A stretch of 64,000 bases of DNA from NCBI GenBank assembly GCA_010093815.1, contig ML996565.1, one strand, 5' to 3'. The stretch comes from Pseudovirgaria hyperparasitica (Eukaryota). Made by a program: the position numbers and the translations under genes. The stretch's first letter is position 1. Each line of letters begins with the position of its first letter. Under the pieces are notes generated by a model. That model did no database searches, had not been told where the DNA came from, and saw only the letters and a list, made by a program, of their open reading frames with translations. Below, in pieces: positions 12,465-24,084 of the stretch.

Positions 12465-14654
12465 ATGCTCTGCTTCGTTTGTATCACGCTTTACGCTCTG
12501 GCCGTCCAGGCACATCCCTCGTTGAGACACCCAGAACATCTTGAGAACGCCTCTCAACTCTCCTCAGTGTACGACTTCATAGTCATTGGCGGCGGCACGA
12601 GTGGTCTGACGGTCGCTGATCGATTATCTGGTGGATCTAATGGTAGGCGGAAACTACTGCTTGATCAATACAAACCTAACCAGTATCGTCGCGCATAGCT
12701 TCTGTGTTGGTCATCGAATACGGTCAATTTGATCAGCAGGAGCCCTCAGTCCTTGTTCCCGGCCTTCTCAACCTGACGTCGTCTCCGTACTTTTTTGATA
12801 TCACCAGTACTGCGCAAAGAGGCCTCAACAACCGAACCTTTCAAGTCAATGCTGCTGGAGTGGTAGGCGGTGGCACTGTCGTCAATGGTATGTTCTTTGA
12901 TAGAGGCTCGAGGGAGGACTATGATGCATGGGAAGCACTGGGTAACCCTGACTGGGGCTGGGACAGTTTGCTATCGTACTTTCGAAAGGTTAGTGAGGTC
13001 ATCTCATGTACGATGTGCTTCTGAGTCGAACAGAGCGAAAACTTCACTCCCAGCACAGACGAGTTTGCTGAAGAATGGGACATCCTGTGGGACAGCTCAG
13101 TCCACGGGTCGGCAGGCCCGGTGAAATCAAGCTATCCAGTCTTCCAATACGAAGCAGTCAGTATGTCGACTCCAGTCACTCTGTCTCTGCATGCTCACAA
13201 AGGTCTAACCTAAGCTCACAGAGAACTTTTTTCGCGGCTGGCATAGCTTAGGAATTGATACGCCGAATGACCCAGCTGCCGGAAACAAAACAGGGGTGTT
13301 CTGGGCACCCAGCAGTCTCGATCCTGACACTGAGACACGCTCATATGCCCGTGCTGCCCATTACGATGGCATACCGAGCTCGAGGCCCAACTTCCACATC
13401 GTCACGCAAAGCGCGGTTCAAAAGATACTGATCGAAGACGGCAACGCATCTGGTGTGGAAGTGAGGAACCTCACAAACGCTGGCACGTTCAATATCATCG
13501 CTACCAAAGAAGTCATTCTCGCCGCAGGCGTACACTCGCCTCAGATCCTCCACCTCTCCGGCATTGGACCCCCGGACGTCCTCGATGATCTCGGGATCGA
13601 CACACAAGTCGAGCTGCCCGGAGTCGGGAGTAACTTCCAGGACCATCCAACGATATACCACATCATGAACTGCAAGCCCTGCCCATTCCACCCATCGTCC
13701 CTCTCCAGAGGTCACCGCTAACACTCACATCAGTCTCCACCCCGCTGCTCCCAACAGCAGACACACTAGACTCGAACACAACATACGCCGCTGAGCAACT
13801 CGTCCAATACTACACCTCCCGAACAGGCGCATACACAACCGTCGCTCAAGGCGGTAACACAGTTGCCTTCCTCTCTTTCCCCGCCCTCGTATCCTCTAAT
13901 TCTTCTATAACCTCCCTCACCACCACCACAGACGCAGACACCCACACTCTCGAATCCTTATACCCAAATACTCACCCCTCCATCCTCACCGGCTACGCCC
14001 GCCAACACACCCTTCTCCTCGCCCAGTACGCATCACGCAGCACCCCAGTCCAAGAAACCGGCTTCTCCTCCAGCGCCGTCATGCCCATCACCCTCCTCAA
14101 GCCCCTCTCCCGCGGCTCCGTAGTAACCACATCCACCGACATCACTGTCCCCCCATCCTTCGACTTCAACACCTTCGCCGACCCCACAGACCTCACCACC
14201 CTCATCGCCGCGCTACGCACGAACCGCAGATTACTCGCCAGCCCCGCGATGCAGGAGCTCGGCGCCGCTGAACTCAGCCCCGGCGCAGGGTTCGTCTCGG
14301 ACGAGCAGCTGCGCACGGCGTTGCGAGCGGTTGTGACGCCGAGCTATTCGCATCCGTGCTGTACGTGTGCGATGATGACGCGTCAGCTGGGCGGAGTTGT
14401 AGATCCGCAGTTGCGGGTGTATGGCGTTGATCGGCTCAGTGTGGTGGATGCGAGTGTGATGCCGCTGATTCCGGGGACGCATACAAGTGCTACCGTGTAC
14501 GCGATTGCGGAGAAGGTCTGTGTTGATGTTTTCTGATTTCGCATCGGTTACCTCGTGTGTGCTATTTGAATCCTTGCTGATGTGCATGCATGTTACCTAG
14601 GCTGCGGACCTAATCTTGGAGCGCCATCAGCTGCGCTTGTGGACGGGGGTGTGA
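12465..14654 (+). CDS. Secreted GMC oxidoreductase (CAZy AA3, probably AA3_2)
   Basis: Signal peptide, FAD-binding 'YDFIVIGGGTSG', 'GGGTVVNGM', 'GVGSNFQDH' and C-terminal 'HPCCTCAM...GGVVDPQLRVYGVDRLSVVDASVMP...HTSATVYAIAEK|AAD'. Five introns, the fourth (13672-13733) being GC-AG. Confidence 0.93.
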
Positions 14655-14864
14655 AAGCTGCTGTGTGTCCCTTTCGGAAGAAGCGATAGTAAGGTCATAA
14701 TGAATAGTCTGAGTGAGCAATGGAGATATGGATCTCGGGAACAGCCTTCTATTCTATCTATGGGTAAGAATTAAATTACAAATTATGGTAGTCTTCAATG
14801 TCAAAGCACACCCCACCCTTCATTCCTACTTTTTCGCATCAAGTCCTTCACTAGTGCCACTTCA

Positions 14865-16066
14865 CTACCCAATCACAGCAGGCGTAGCCGCGGCCACGAC
14901 TACGGGGACACATACCGTCTGGCCGAGCACGACATTGCACCGTGACACGGCAATAGGAACATCGTTGACGATAGAGCTGACGATAGGCACAGGGGTGATT
15001 ACGACCGGAATGTCGTTGATAATAGAAGTGATTGGAGTGACGACGGGATCGAGAACAGACTCAATGACGCTGACCACGCTGGGGATTTGCTGGGTTGGGA
15101 GGTCGGTGACAATGTCCGACAGCAGACTCGAGATGATTGCCGGCACGGTTGGGACGCCTGGAAGATCATTCAGGACACTGGTGACATCGCCCAGAATGCT
15201 GGTCACATCGCCTACGATACTGGTGGCGTCACCCTCGATGTCGGACAGCAAGCTTGAGATAATTGGTGGAAGGTTCGTCGGCAGTGCAGTTGGGATCTGG
15301 GTTTCGATAACCGACAACAAGCTCGAGACATCACCAGGAATCTCCGAGGGAAGTTGGTTGATATCTGATAGCAAGCTTGATAAGACGGGCGGCAGATCTG
15401 TCGGTAGGTTGGTCGGCAACACGGAGTCGATCTCCGACAACAAGCTCGAGAGAACTGGTGGGAGAGGTGAGTCGGATGAGGTGGTACTGGCTGACGTTGT
15501 TGCGTCAGAGGAACTGGAAGCACCAGTGGTACCAGCTGAGGTCGTTGCACCAGAAGAAGCCGATGTACCAGTGGGAGCACCCGTCGAAGATGAAGCTGTA
15601 GCTAGTGTCAAAATCGAAACACTTTCGAATGAATGCCATTCAAGAGATACGTACCAGTACCTGACGCACGCCTAACTCGTCTGGCGAGCCACTCAAAATC
15701 CTCTTGGAACTCCTCGGTATCGAAAAGCGAGCACTCACCGCCTTCAGGCTGGTCGCCAAAGGGAGTATAGAGCGCCTCGATGCACGTTTCGGACTTGCTG
15801 CAACGATCGATGCAATCTTCGAAGTTGTCTGCAGGTTCTCCGGCCAATGTCACAGAATGGATAGTGTTTTCACCCTGGTTCGCATTTGCAAAGTTTTTGC
15901 AAACAATCTCAAAGAGATCGCCGTTATTGGTAGCGTAAGTAATGCCATTGCATTTCGGACAAGATAGTCGTTCGGCGAGGGTTCGCTCAACACTGTATCC
16001 ACCGTGAGGAGTTGCAACAGTTTGCCAGACCGCCAAAAGGATGGAAAGAAGGGATCTTGACGACAT
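14865..16066 (-). CDS. Secreted protein: PAN/apple-like Cys domain, RRVRR site, Ser/Thr linker and amphipathic SSLLS(D/E)I repeats
   Basis: Signal peptide MSSRSLLSILLAVWQTVA and a 'C...CIDRC...C...C' spacing typical of fungal apple domains. A phase-1 intron (15602-15654, or 15602-15660) joins ORF 15608-16066 to ORF 14865-15611. Confidence 0.8.
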
Positions 16067-17278
16067 GGTTGTAGGTCTAAGCGAGTGACTGTGGTTTGAA
16101 TGTTCAGGACGAGGGACGAGAAAGAAAGAAAGAAAGAAAGACTGAAAAGACTGGGATCATGAGACATCTTATACACGCAGGTATGCACACTCCGGTGCAT
16201 TCCGATTCGACTCAGAGTCGCGCTCTACTAGAGTGTGGTAACCTTGAAGAATTGATTAAGTGATAGACTAAGGAACAGACTTGAGTGTGGGCAGAAATTT
16301 GAGAGTGATGATAGAAGAGTGATGTAAATGGCTCAAAGTCAGTCAGATTTACCCTGATCAGGACAGTAAACAAAATCGTAAACAGACGTTTCCTACGTGA
16401 TGCCGGTTGACATTGAAGTATGTATGCTTCATGGTGATCATAGAATACCTGGACATAAAGTTGTCCATATCAATAATAACTCCTGAAGTTGGATCGGCAT
16501 GAACATGGAATACTCTATAAGTCGAGATGTGACCTTCGGCGTCCCCTACTCTAACACTAGGACTAGACCCCGGCAAGTGGTGGAAATTATTCTGGATGAT
16601 CGAAAGAGTCGTATGAGTCAAACGGCCATCCATTATTTCAACTTCGCTATGCGCTGTTCATGGCTAGAGTCGGACTGCAGAGCTCCTGTTCCCAGGGAGA
16701 CAGGGGCCTAGGGTCTTGCGGGAATAGATGAGTGAAGTCTGGAAGCAAGCCGAGTCAACGCGACGGGAGCGTGCGGTCGTCTTGCTCTTTTTAGTATCAT
16801 TGTCTCTACATTTCGCTCGTAGTAGTATGGGAGACCACCTAGGCGGTATATGTGGAGGTACGGCAAAGAGCGGAAGTGCTCGTATACACAATCATCCAGA
16901 GGAGGAATAGCGCAGGAGGCTCTAAAAAGTGTTGGGACGCGATAGTGTAACCTCGAGTCCCAGAAATGCAGTATCTCAGTATGGTGTAAACATGACGTCG
17001 CAGATGAGTCCCGCGAGAGTAAACACCGCGTTGTCCGCAGACTAAAGTTCAGGACGAAGCGGAAGATGAGGGAACGACTCCGAAGGAAGTGAGGTCGCCC
17101 GTCCATGTACCTGGAGCTAGTTACTTTCTGGCTCTAGCGTCCACTACAATCCGCTCCGCTCCGCTCTGATTCCTTGGCTCAAGGTTTCCACAGGCAGATC
17201 ATTGAACTTTTTAGCCTCACTCGCTGTCTGCGGTCGAGGTGAATCCTGACGTCTGGCCGTCGTGTATCGCAGTCGTAC

Positions 17279-18738
17279 ATGTTCCAACGACTGGCATTAT
17301 ATGTTCGATCGTTCATGGCTTCGCCCGGACCTATATACGAAGGCGTTTTCGGTATGCGCATCAGAGCTTCCCAATCGCATATGAGAGAGAACGGCTGACA
17401 GTAATCCGTATTATAGCCATCCACAAGCCCCCCGGTATCTCCTCCGCCGGCCTTCTCGAAGTAATAAAAAAACAATTCAACTCCTCCAAGCTTTTTGCGG
17501 CATGGCTCGAGCGTGAGCGTGACCGAATCAATAAATCCGGTGATGAACGCCAACGAAAGAGATGGAACAAATCCAAATTCCGGAGTCAAGTGAAGATGGG
17601 TCATGGTGGGACACTTGATCCGCAAGCGACTGGAGTTCTTGTGGTGGGCGTTGGTCGCGGCACGAAAGCGTTAAAACAGTTCATCGATTGCACAAAAGAC
17701 TACGAAGCCCAGGTATTATTCGGCGCAGCCACAGACACATACGATCGAGAAGGGAAGATCTTGGAGATAGGCGACACTGCGCATCTGAAAAGAGAGTTGG
17801 TTGAAGACAAATTGGCCGATTTTCGCGGGGAGATTATGCAGAGGCCCCCAATCTATTCGGCGCTGCAAAACAAAGGCAAAAGAATGTATGAATACGCGAG
17901 AGAGGGTGGTGAAGTGCCAGAATTGCCAAAGCGAGAGACGCGCGTGGATCGCTTGGAGATGACTGAATGGCTCGAGCCTGAATCACACCCTTACCGATTC
18001 CCAGCAGAGAAGTTGAATACAGAGGATGCCAAAGGTGCGAAAGTAATCTTGGATAAGGCTGTTGGCATGGGAGCTTCGAAGAAACTCAAAACCAATCACG
18101 GACCTGAAGATTCAACTGTACAAAGCGAAGAATCGACCACATCCAACACCAGAGCGAAGGCACTTCCAGAGGACTCTGAGGCAGTTACCAGTCCTACAGC
18201 GTCACAGAATGGAGCAAAGACGGATGATGCCATAATGTCCAGCGCGTTACAGGATCAACCTGAGCCCGTAATCGCTTCGACTGATAACACTGACGTACCA
18301 GCACCTGAGCACTCGGCCCCAACTCCTGCACCGCCCACGGCACCTGACGGCTCCTCTTGTCCCGCAGCGCATCTAAGTATGACAGTCCGTTCCGGCTTCT
18401 ACGTACGATCTCTCTGCTTCGACCTCGGCCAAGCTTGCGGTAGCCAAGCCTTCATGGCCGGACTGATACGTACACGCCAAGGACGCTTCACGTTGGGCGA
18501 AAATGTGTTGGAGTATACCGATCTCGAGGCTGGTGAAGACGTTTGGGGTCCAAAAGTGAAGCGCATGCTGCGCACATGGATGCTGGATGAAGGATACATT
18601 GGTGACGTCGAGGGAGAAGAAGACGCAGAGGACCAGGTGTGGATGGCGGCGTATGACGAAAGCGTGACTTCGGTTGGACGCAGAGCGAGAAGGGACAGGC
18701 AGGAGGAGGACGAGCTCAAGAAGGGGACAGAGGTCTAA
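17279..18738 (+). CDS. PUS4: tRNA pseudouridine-55 synthase (TruB family)
   Basis: The spliced sequence gives 'EGVF|AIHKPPGISS' (intron 17352-17416). Catalytic 'GHGGTLDP', 'PPIYSAL' and 'GFYVRSL...LIRTRQG'. In-frame ATGs at 17279 and 17315. Confidence 0.95.
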
Positions 18739-18923
18739 GAACCAGCGAGCATGGCATCCGCGATATATCTCAATTGAGGTATATCTGTGGATTACCCAAC
18801 ATTGCCGTCTGATTATAGACGAGATATCGCGACGCTGCTGAATGCTTTCGCCCTCAAATGACCATACACTGCAAGCGCCTGCATTCATTTCAGACAACAA
18901 ACCGACAGAGATGGACGGCCTGA

Positions 18924-20549
18924 TCATGCCTCGTCTATTATGATGGTTTGGCCTGAAACACCTTCTTCACGATTCTCCTCGCGATTTATGAAGATGAAAC
19001 TAAAAAAGACAATACATGCTCCGACCCAATACAGTGGTGCAGCGTACTGCGAGTCAAGCCACATCTGTCCGACGAGTGAGAGCGGGATGGTCATCGACAG
19101 GCCAACTGTGACAACAAGTGGAGAAGTCAAGAGCATGGCAAAAGCCCACGTGATATCAGCGACCAAGGACGACGCAGAATTGATCTACGTGTGGAAATTT
19201 TAGTCTTGAATATGATCTCTAGAACTGGCAGGAAACCAGCGTAGTCAAACGTACCATTACTATTGTTAGCACCCATTGTGTAGGTGGAAGCTCAAATGTC
19301 TCCACCCCAGTAATGTGCAACAAGACAAAGCCAGGCCAAAGGGCAATGACGTTGAAAATGCCTATAAATCCAAAGAATAGCATCATGTTGACTCGACTTT
19401 CGTCTCCAATCCGTTTCTTCATCATGATGGTGTAGCCAGCGTAGAGTAGGGCGCTTATGAAGGCCATGCTGTCGCCCGTGATGATCTCTCTATGCGACTT
19501 GTGAGGGAAGTCACCTCGATTCTCATCATTGTCGCCAGTCATGTCGACCAAGGATATCAGAGCAACTCCTGCGAGGGATGCTAGGACCCCCAGCATTTTA
19601 CGCACTGTGAATCGTTCCACGCCCAGTGCAGACCCAATCAGGAGTGTCCATATAGATGATGTAGATGCTACAATGGTGGACGAAGCGACAGTGGTGTACT
19701 CGAGACATGCTGCGGTAAAATAATTCGCTAAAAACTGAGTGGCCGAGGTCAGTATTTACTTGCGTTCTGGGGGCATATATATACGTACCCAAGGAATACA
19801 AAACTCAATGCTCAGCCTCAGTGTATCAAACACAGTGAATACGTCATCTCCACTATGTGCACCTTCACTCTTGTTGCTCGCACTACTAAGTTCTTGGCTG
19901 TTAGCAATGTCTTCAGACATCAGCATCTGCGTGGTCGCAGAGCTTCCGCTTGTACTTTCTCGGCGCTCTCCGCGCTTCAGAAATGCTTCTTCCTCCTCTT
20001 CTTGCGTTAGCAGAGAATATTTTCCCACTCTCCGTTTGAGAAGATCCCTCCACGAACTGTTCTGTCCCCTTTCTTTCCACCAATGTTTGATAATCATGGG
20101 TACTATAGGAAATATGAAGAAAGATGTGTTGATGTAGGTCACAAAGTAGGGCTTTGAATAGGTGTCGTCGGCGAAGATTGTCTATTGAAAACATGTCAGT
20201 ACTCTTTGTCTACTCATCTGAAACTATCCTAGACTTGATAAGGGCTGAGCGGGCTCTTGTTACGGCTATTCCTTCTCGAGTCTAATGTGTTCCCCAATTA
20301 AAGCGGTTGTCCACTCACACTTGCTAGGAAATTGCTTGTCGTCCATAATACGACTGTAGTCATCAGGCATGCAATGCCCAATGTATGTCTCCATTTTGCG
20401 CTTTTCCATGGCGATATTTTGCGTTCTTCCCAGTTGCTCACTACACTCACAGGGCTGTGCACTTGGTCGTTTGATATTCGCGAGAATGGATCTTCAAATT
20501 CATGTGGAGGGACTAGAGATTGCGAGGGAGAGCGCGCTGTTCCGACCAT
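18924..20549 (-). CDS. SLC35F / EamA (DMT) transporter, THI74/YML018C-like
   Basis: About 10 hydrophobic helices with 'YSKPYFVTYINTS', 'ANYF', 'GDSMAFISALLYAGY' and 'LTSPLVVTVGLSMTIPLSL'. Three GT-AG introns. Confidence 0.88.
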
Positions 20550-20949
20550 GGTGATTTCTGATAACGCGATTCGAGTCGAGAGTGCTGTCACAGCCACTCT
20601 TGAACGATAAGACTACGATGTTCGTAGGGATGTAGGACTTTTAAGGGGAGCATTCAATCATGAGTATCACACCTGCTCGAGCGAAGGAATAGCGAAGAAA
20701 GTCATAGGCGGAACCATAGGTATCAGAGATGAGAGGCGAGGATGTATGTCGTGCTGGAGGGAACCAGGTTGTTGTCTGTCTCGAAACCGTCTCCGATAGC
20801 ATTCGGATTTACCACTCGACGTTAAGCGCACAGACCATGATGCGAGTTGCTAGGCAGATTGGTACTAGCTACGAAATATTCTGGTTACAAGTCGTTGAAC
20901 GTCAACGTAGATCTCTTCCACAGCTCATGATCTGCTCCTTCGTCACACA

Positions 20950-21528
20950 ATGTCTGCTCCTCTCGTGCTTCCTGGACAGCCTCTCAAAGCTGTTGCGTCG
21001 AGCTCACCCGGCTCAGGCACCCATTCTTTTTCTGGCGCGCTCATCTCATCAGTCGCCGGAACTCTCAAATCCGCCCCCGCTAAATCGCAGACGCGGGCCA
21101 CCGTGAGTGTCGCACGCGCGCCACCAGCACCAGGTCAAGGCAGCGCGATTCTCCCTGAAGTCGAATCCATCGTGCTCGCACGTGTAACACGCCTCTCAAC
21201 GCGGCAAGCCCAGGTAGAGATACTGGTCATCGGAGACAAAGTTTGCCGCGAGGCGTTCCAAGGAATTGTCCGCAGGGAAGATGTACGAGCAACGGAGAAG
21301 GATCGCGTGGTCATTGCAGATTCATTTCGGGTTGGAGATGTAGTGAAGGGAATTGTAATCAGTCTCGGCGACCAGAGTTCATACTACATTTCGACGGCAT
21401 CGAATGAGCTTGGCGTAATTATGGCGACAAGCGAGGCGGGTCATCAGATGTATCCGATCAGTTGGAGAGAGTTCAAGGATCCGACAACAGGAGCTGTGGA
21501 GACGAGGAAGGTTGCTAAGCCGTTTTGA
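20950..21528 (+). CDS. CSL4: Exosome complex component Csl4
   Basis: 'LVLPGQ', 'LPEVESIVLARVTR', 'FQGIVRREDVRATEKD', 'SFRVGDVV...VISLGD', 'NELGVIMA' and 'ETRKVAKPF'. Confidence 0.95.
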   Translation: MSAPLVLPGQPLKAVASSSPGSGTHSFSGALISSVAGTLKSAPAKSQTRATVSVARAPPAPGQGSAILPEVESIVLARVTRLSTRQAQVEILVIGDKVCREAFQGIVRREDVRATEKDRVVIADSFRVGDVVKGIVISLGDQSSYYISTASNELGVIMATSEAGHQMYPISWREFKDPTTGAVETRKVAKPF

Positions 21529-22763
21529 AGACTGTCAACTGCAGTAGAAGCTTCACGGAACCACTGTAGACGCCCGCATATACACGGACTCGGCGCACGA
21601 CCTCCACAGCAGCGGCAGACTTCAAAATGATCAAGCTTTGGGACTTCGAGAGCATGATCAAGATCAAGCATCTATTCACGACATCGTAATAATCACCCAA
21701 CGCAAGCCCATGATCTCGACCGAGACATGAACATAAAACCGCTTGTTTGGAGCTGATTATAACTTCCATATATTAGAGCGGAAAAGGCTTCGCAGAATTG
21801 CATCAAGTGGCACGAGTTGGCCTTTGCTAATTTTATATGGGAACGAGCCAAGTCGCTACTCGGGGGGTACCCGGGCCGTATTGAATTCCTGATGCTAGTC
21901 CGAGAAGTCCGGTTCATGGCCTCCATATCGTATTGCGCCAGACGATGACTTCTTGCACGTATTTGATGCTCTCGAAAAATTCCGTGTGGGAGATGCTCGG
22001 TCAAGACTTGTTACGTTTCGAAACTAAGATCGAACAGTGGACCTTGTTGTAATCATCGAACGGCGGATATTCGCATGCAGCATAGAAGTTCAAAGGAGAT
22101 TATGCAATCGCTATTTGATAAGAGTCATTGTGTACGTCTGTCTTGTGCGCAACGCTTGCACATACATCTATACACTTTCTGGACAAGCTTGAGTCAAGAA
22201 GCATCCTGGACAGGTGTCAAACCAAATATTGAGCAATAGACTCACTAATGATGTCACATTTGACTGGGTAGTGCTTTCACTGCTTCGTTTTACTTTTATG
22301 ACCTTGTCGGCCAGAATTATAGAGATGTAGTCAATCACAGACGTGAGGCGATAGAGCTGTGACCATTACGAGCCGCAAATTCTTGCGTCCGTTGGAGGTC
22401 TGTGGTTAAGCGAATTGTCATACCTTGCTTCGGGGACCACGGATTCTCCAAGGCTTAGTTCGCAAAAGCATGATTCGGAGCATTCCATCCAATGAATACC
22501 CCCCCTGGTCTTGAGTGATTTCCAGACCAGTCTATTTATTTGCTTTTTGCGACACATACTTTTACACACCATTACGCCAGCTCTTCGTCAGCAGTTCGTA
22601 CAAGATATCTGCATCACGCTGGATCATAAACTGATGTTCAGTAATTCTGTATAATACATCCGACTGGCCGCCCACGCATCTTTTAGATCACCCATCTTTT
22701 GTACCACGACACTCCTTCACTTTTCAATCGGGACCACACATACTTGACTTTACACATCAATCT

Positions 22764-22902
22764 GAGTCAAACACGTTCCTCTCTACGCCTCATTCGAAGT
22801 TAAATATCAGACATGTTCGTCTCTACACCACCACCCGAATCAAACGCTCTCCCTTTCCCACCGCCTCTCGAGTCAAATACTCTTCCTTTCACTCCTCTGT
22901 CC
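22764..22902 (+). repeat. Degenerate 33-bp (11-codon) tandem repeat, 4 copies, spanning the start codon of the NTF2-like gene
   Basis: Copies at 22764 (gagtcaaacacgttcctctctacgcctcattcg), 22804 (atatcagacatgttcgtctctacaccaccaccc), 22837 (gaatcaaacgctctccctttcccaccgcctctc) and 22870 (gagtcaaatactcttcctttcactcctctgtcc). Confidence 0.75.
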
Positions 22903-23394
22903 GAACATCCCATCCTCGACTCACCAGCTCCCTCCGACCAGGCTATGCTTACCCCTCAATCCCCCGTCTCCCGCCACACCCTCGAAGCCCTCCTAACACG
23001 CTTCGTCGCCGGCTGGAACACCTGGACCGTCCCGGCCATCATCTCGCTGCGCACGCCTACATGCACACACACCGTCCTCCCACGTTCCATCGGCACCCGC
23101 CCCATGGATAACGCCCAGTACGGCCGCTATCTCACCCGTCTCAAGTCCGTGTTTGCAGACTTCACCCTCGAGCTCGAGAGCTTCGTCATCGATCCCTCGG
23201 CGCGCTCGTTTATGCTCTATGGCCGGGGTATCGCACACACGCCGATTGGCACGTATCGGAATGAATATGCGTGTCGGGTGAGAGCGAGTCCGGATGGTTC
23301 TGCTGTTGAGGAGGTTGTGGAGTTCGTGGACAGCAAGGTTACGGAGGAGTTCTTTGGACGGTTGGGCAGGTTCCGGAAGGCAGCGAGGTTGTAG
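22813..23394 (+). CDS. NTF2/SnoaL-like protein (AusH/AusJ/Trt14-like) with C-terminal PTS1 -ARL
   Basis: 'FVAGWNTWTVPAIISLRTPTCTHTVLPRS', 'GTYRNEY' and 'VEEVVEFVDS' match the fungal NTF2-like isomerase pattern. Intronless; ends RFRKAARL. Confidence 0.8.
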   Translation: MFVSTPPPESNALPFPPPLESNTLPFTPLSEHPILDSPAPSDQAMLTPQSPVSRHTLEALLTRFVAGWNTWTVPAIISLRTPTCTHTVLPRSIGTRPMDNAQYGRYLTRLKSVFADFTLELESFVIDPSARSFMLYGRGIAHTPIGTYRNEYACRVRASPDGSAVEEVVEFVDSKVTEEFFGRLGRFRKAARL

Positions 23395-24024
23395 ATGGGG
23401 TATGTGTTTTGAAATAAGGGTTGTGCGGTTCTTTGCTGTGGGTTAGCGTATGCTTGTGTTCGTGTGGCTCTTTTGTTTCTTCGCGGGTATTGCTATCAGG
23501 GCATACCATTGGTTTATAGAGGATGGTGGTGACGCAAGTCTCTGTTTTCCCTTTGCAATTGTACCACTACTATAAAAGTTTACCTATGTATCACTACACG
23601 ACCACCGCTGAAGCGTCATTTCTACACTTGCAAGATGATACATCGTTATCTCACTTTCCTGTCTCATTGCTACCTAGCCCACATCCTCACAACTACAAGC
23701 ACAGCAGCAACAGCCCGTCATCCATCCAAACGTGCTTCAGTATCCTCCTCTGCCACCATCTCAAACAAAATCTGCAAGATCACTCACTAGTATCTATCAC
23801 TCTTCTGCATGAACATGACTCACCCCCCCCCTGCCCCGGCCTCTTGGTCCTAAGGAAAAAGGAAAAATCATCCCGACCCAAAGAAACCCTCGCATTCCCC
23901 GACCCAGCAAGCACCCAAGAAAATCGCCGAAGAGGAAAAAAAAAAGAACATCTCTGCCCAAAACAGAAGGCAGAAAGCAAAGCACAAGCCCCCCGGATCC
24001 CAAGCCGACGAGACAGTGGCTGCA

Positions 24025-24084
24025 ATGTGATGCCATGTCATGTCATGCCATGTAAATGCAAATGCAACTGCGATGCAAATGCAA
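24025..24084. repeat. Compound microsatellite (ATGYC)n / (AAATGC)n
   Basis: atgtgatgccatgtcatgtcatgccatgtaaatgcaaatgcaactgcgatgcaaatgcaa. Confidence 0.8.

Noticed and set aside
14713..15675. 320-aa ORF on the + strand
   Set aside because: It is the antisense shadow of the repeat-rich secreted protein, has a GTG start, and shows no domain of its own.
17239..17416. N-terminus of the 499-aa ORF as given by the track
   Set aside because: It starts at GTG and reads through an intron. The real first exon is in another frame (ATG 17279/17315).
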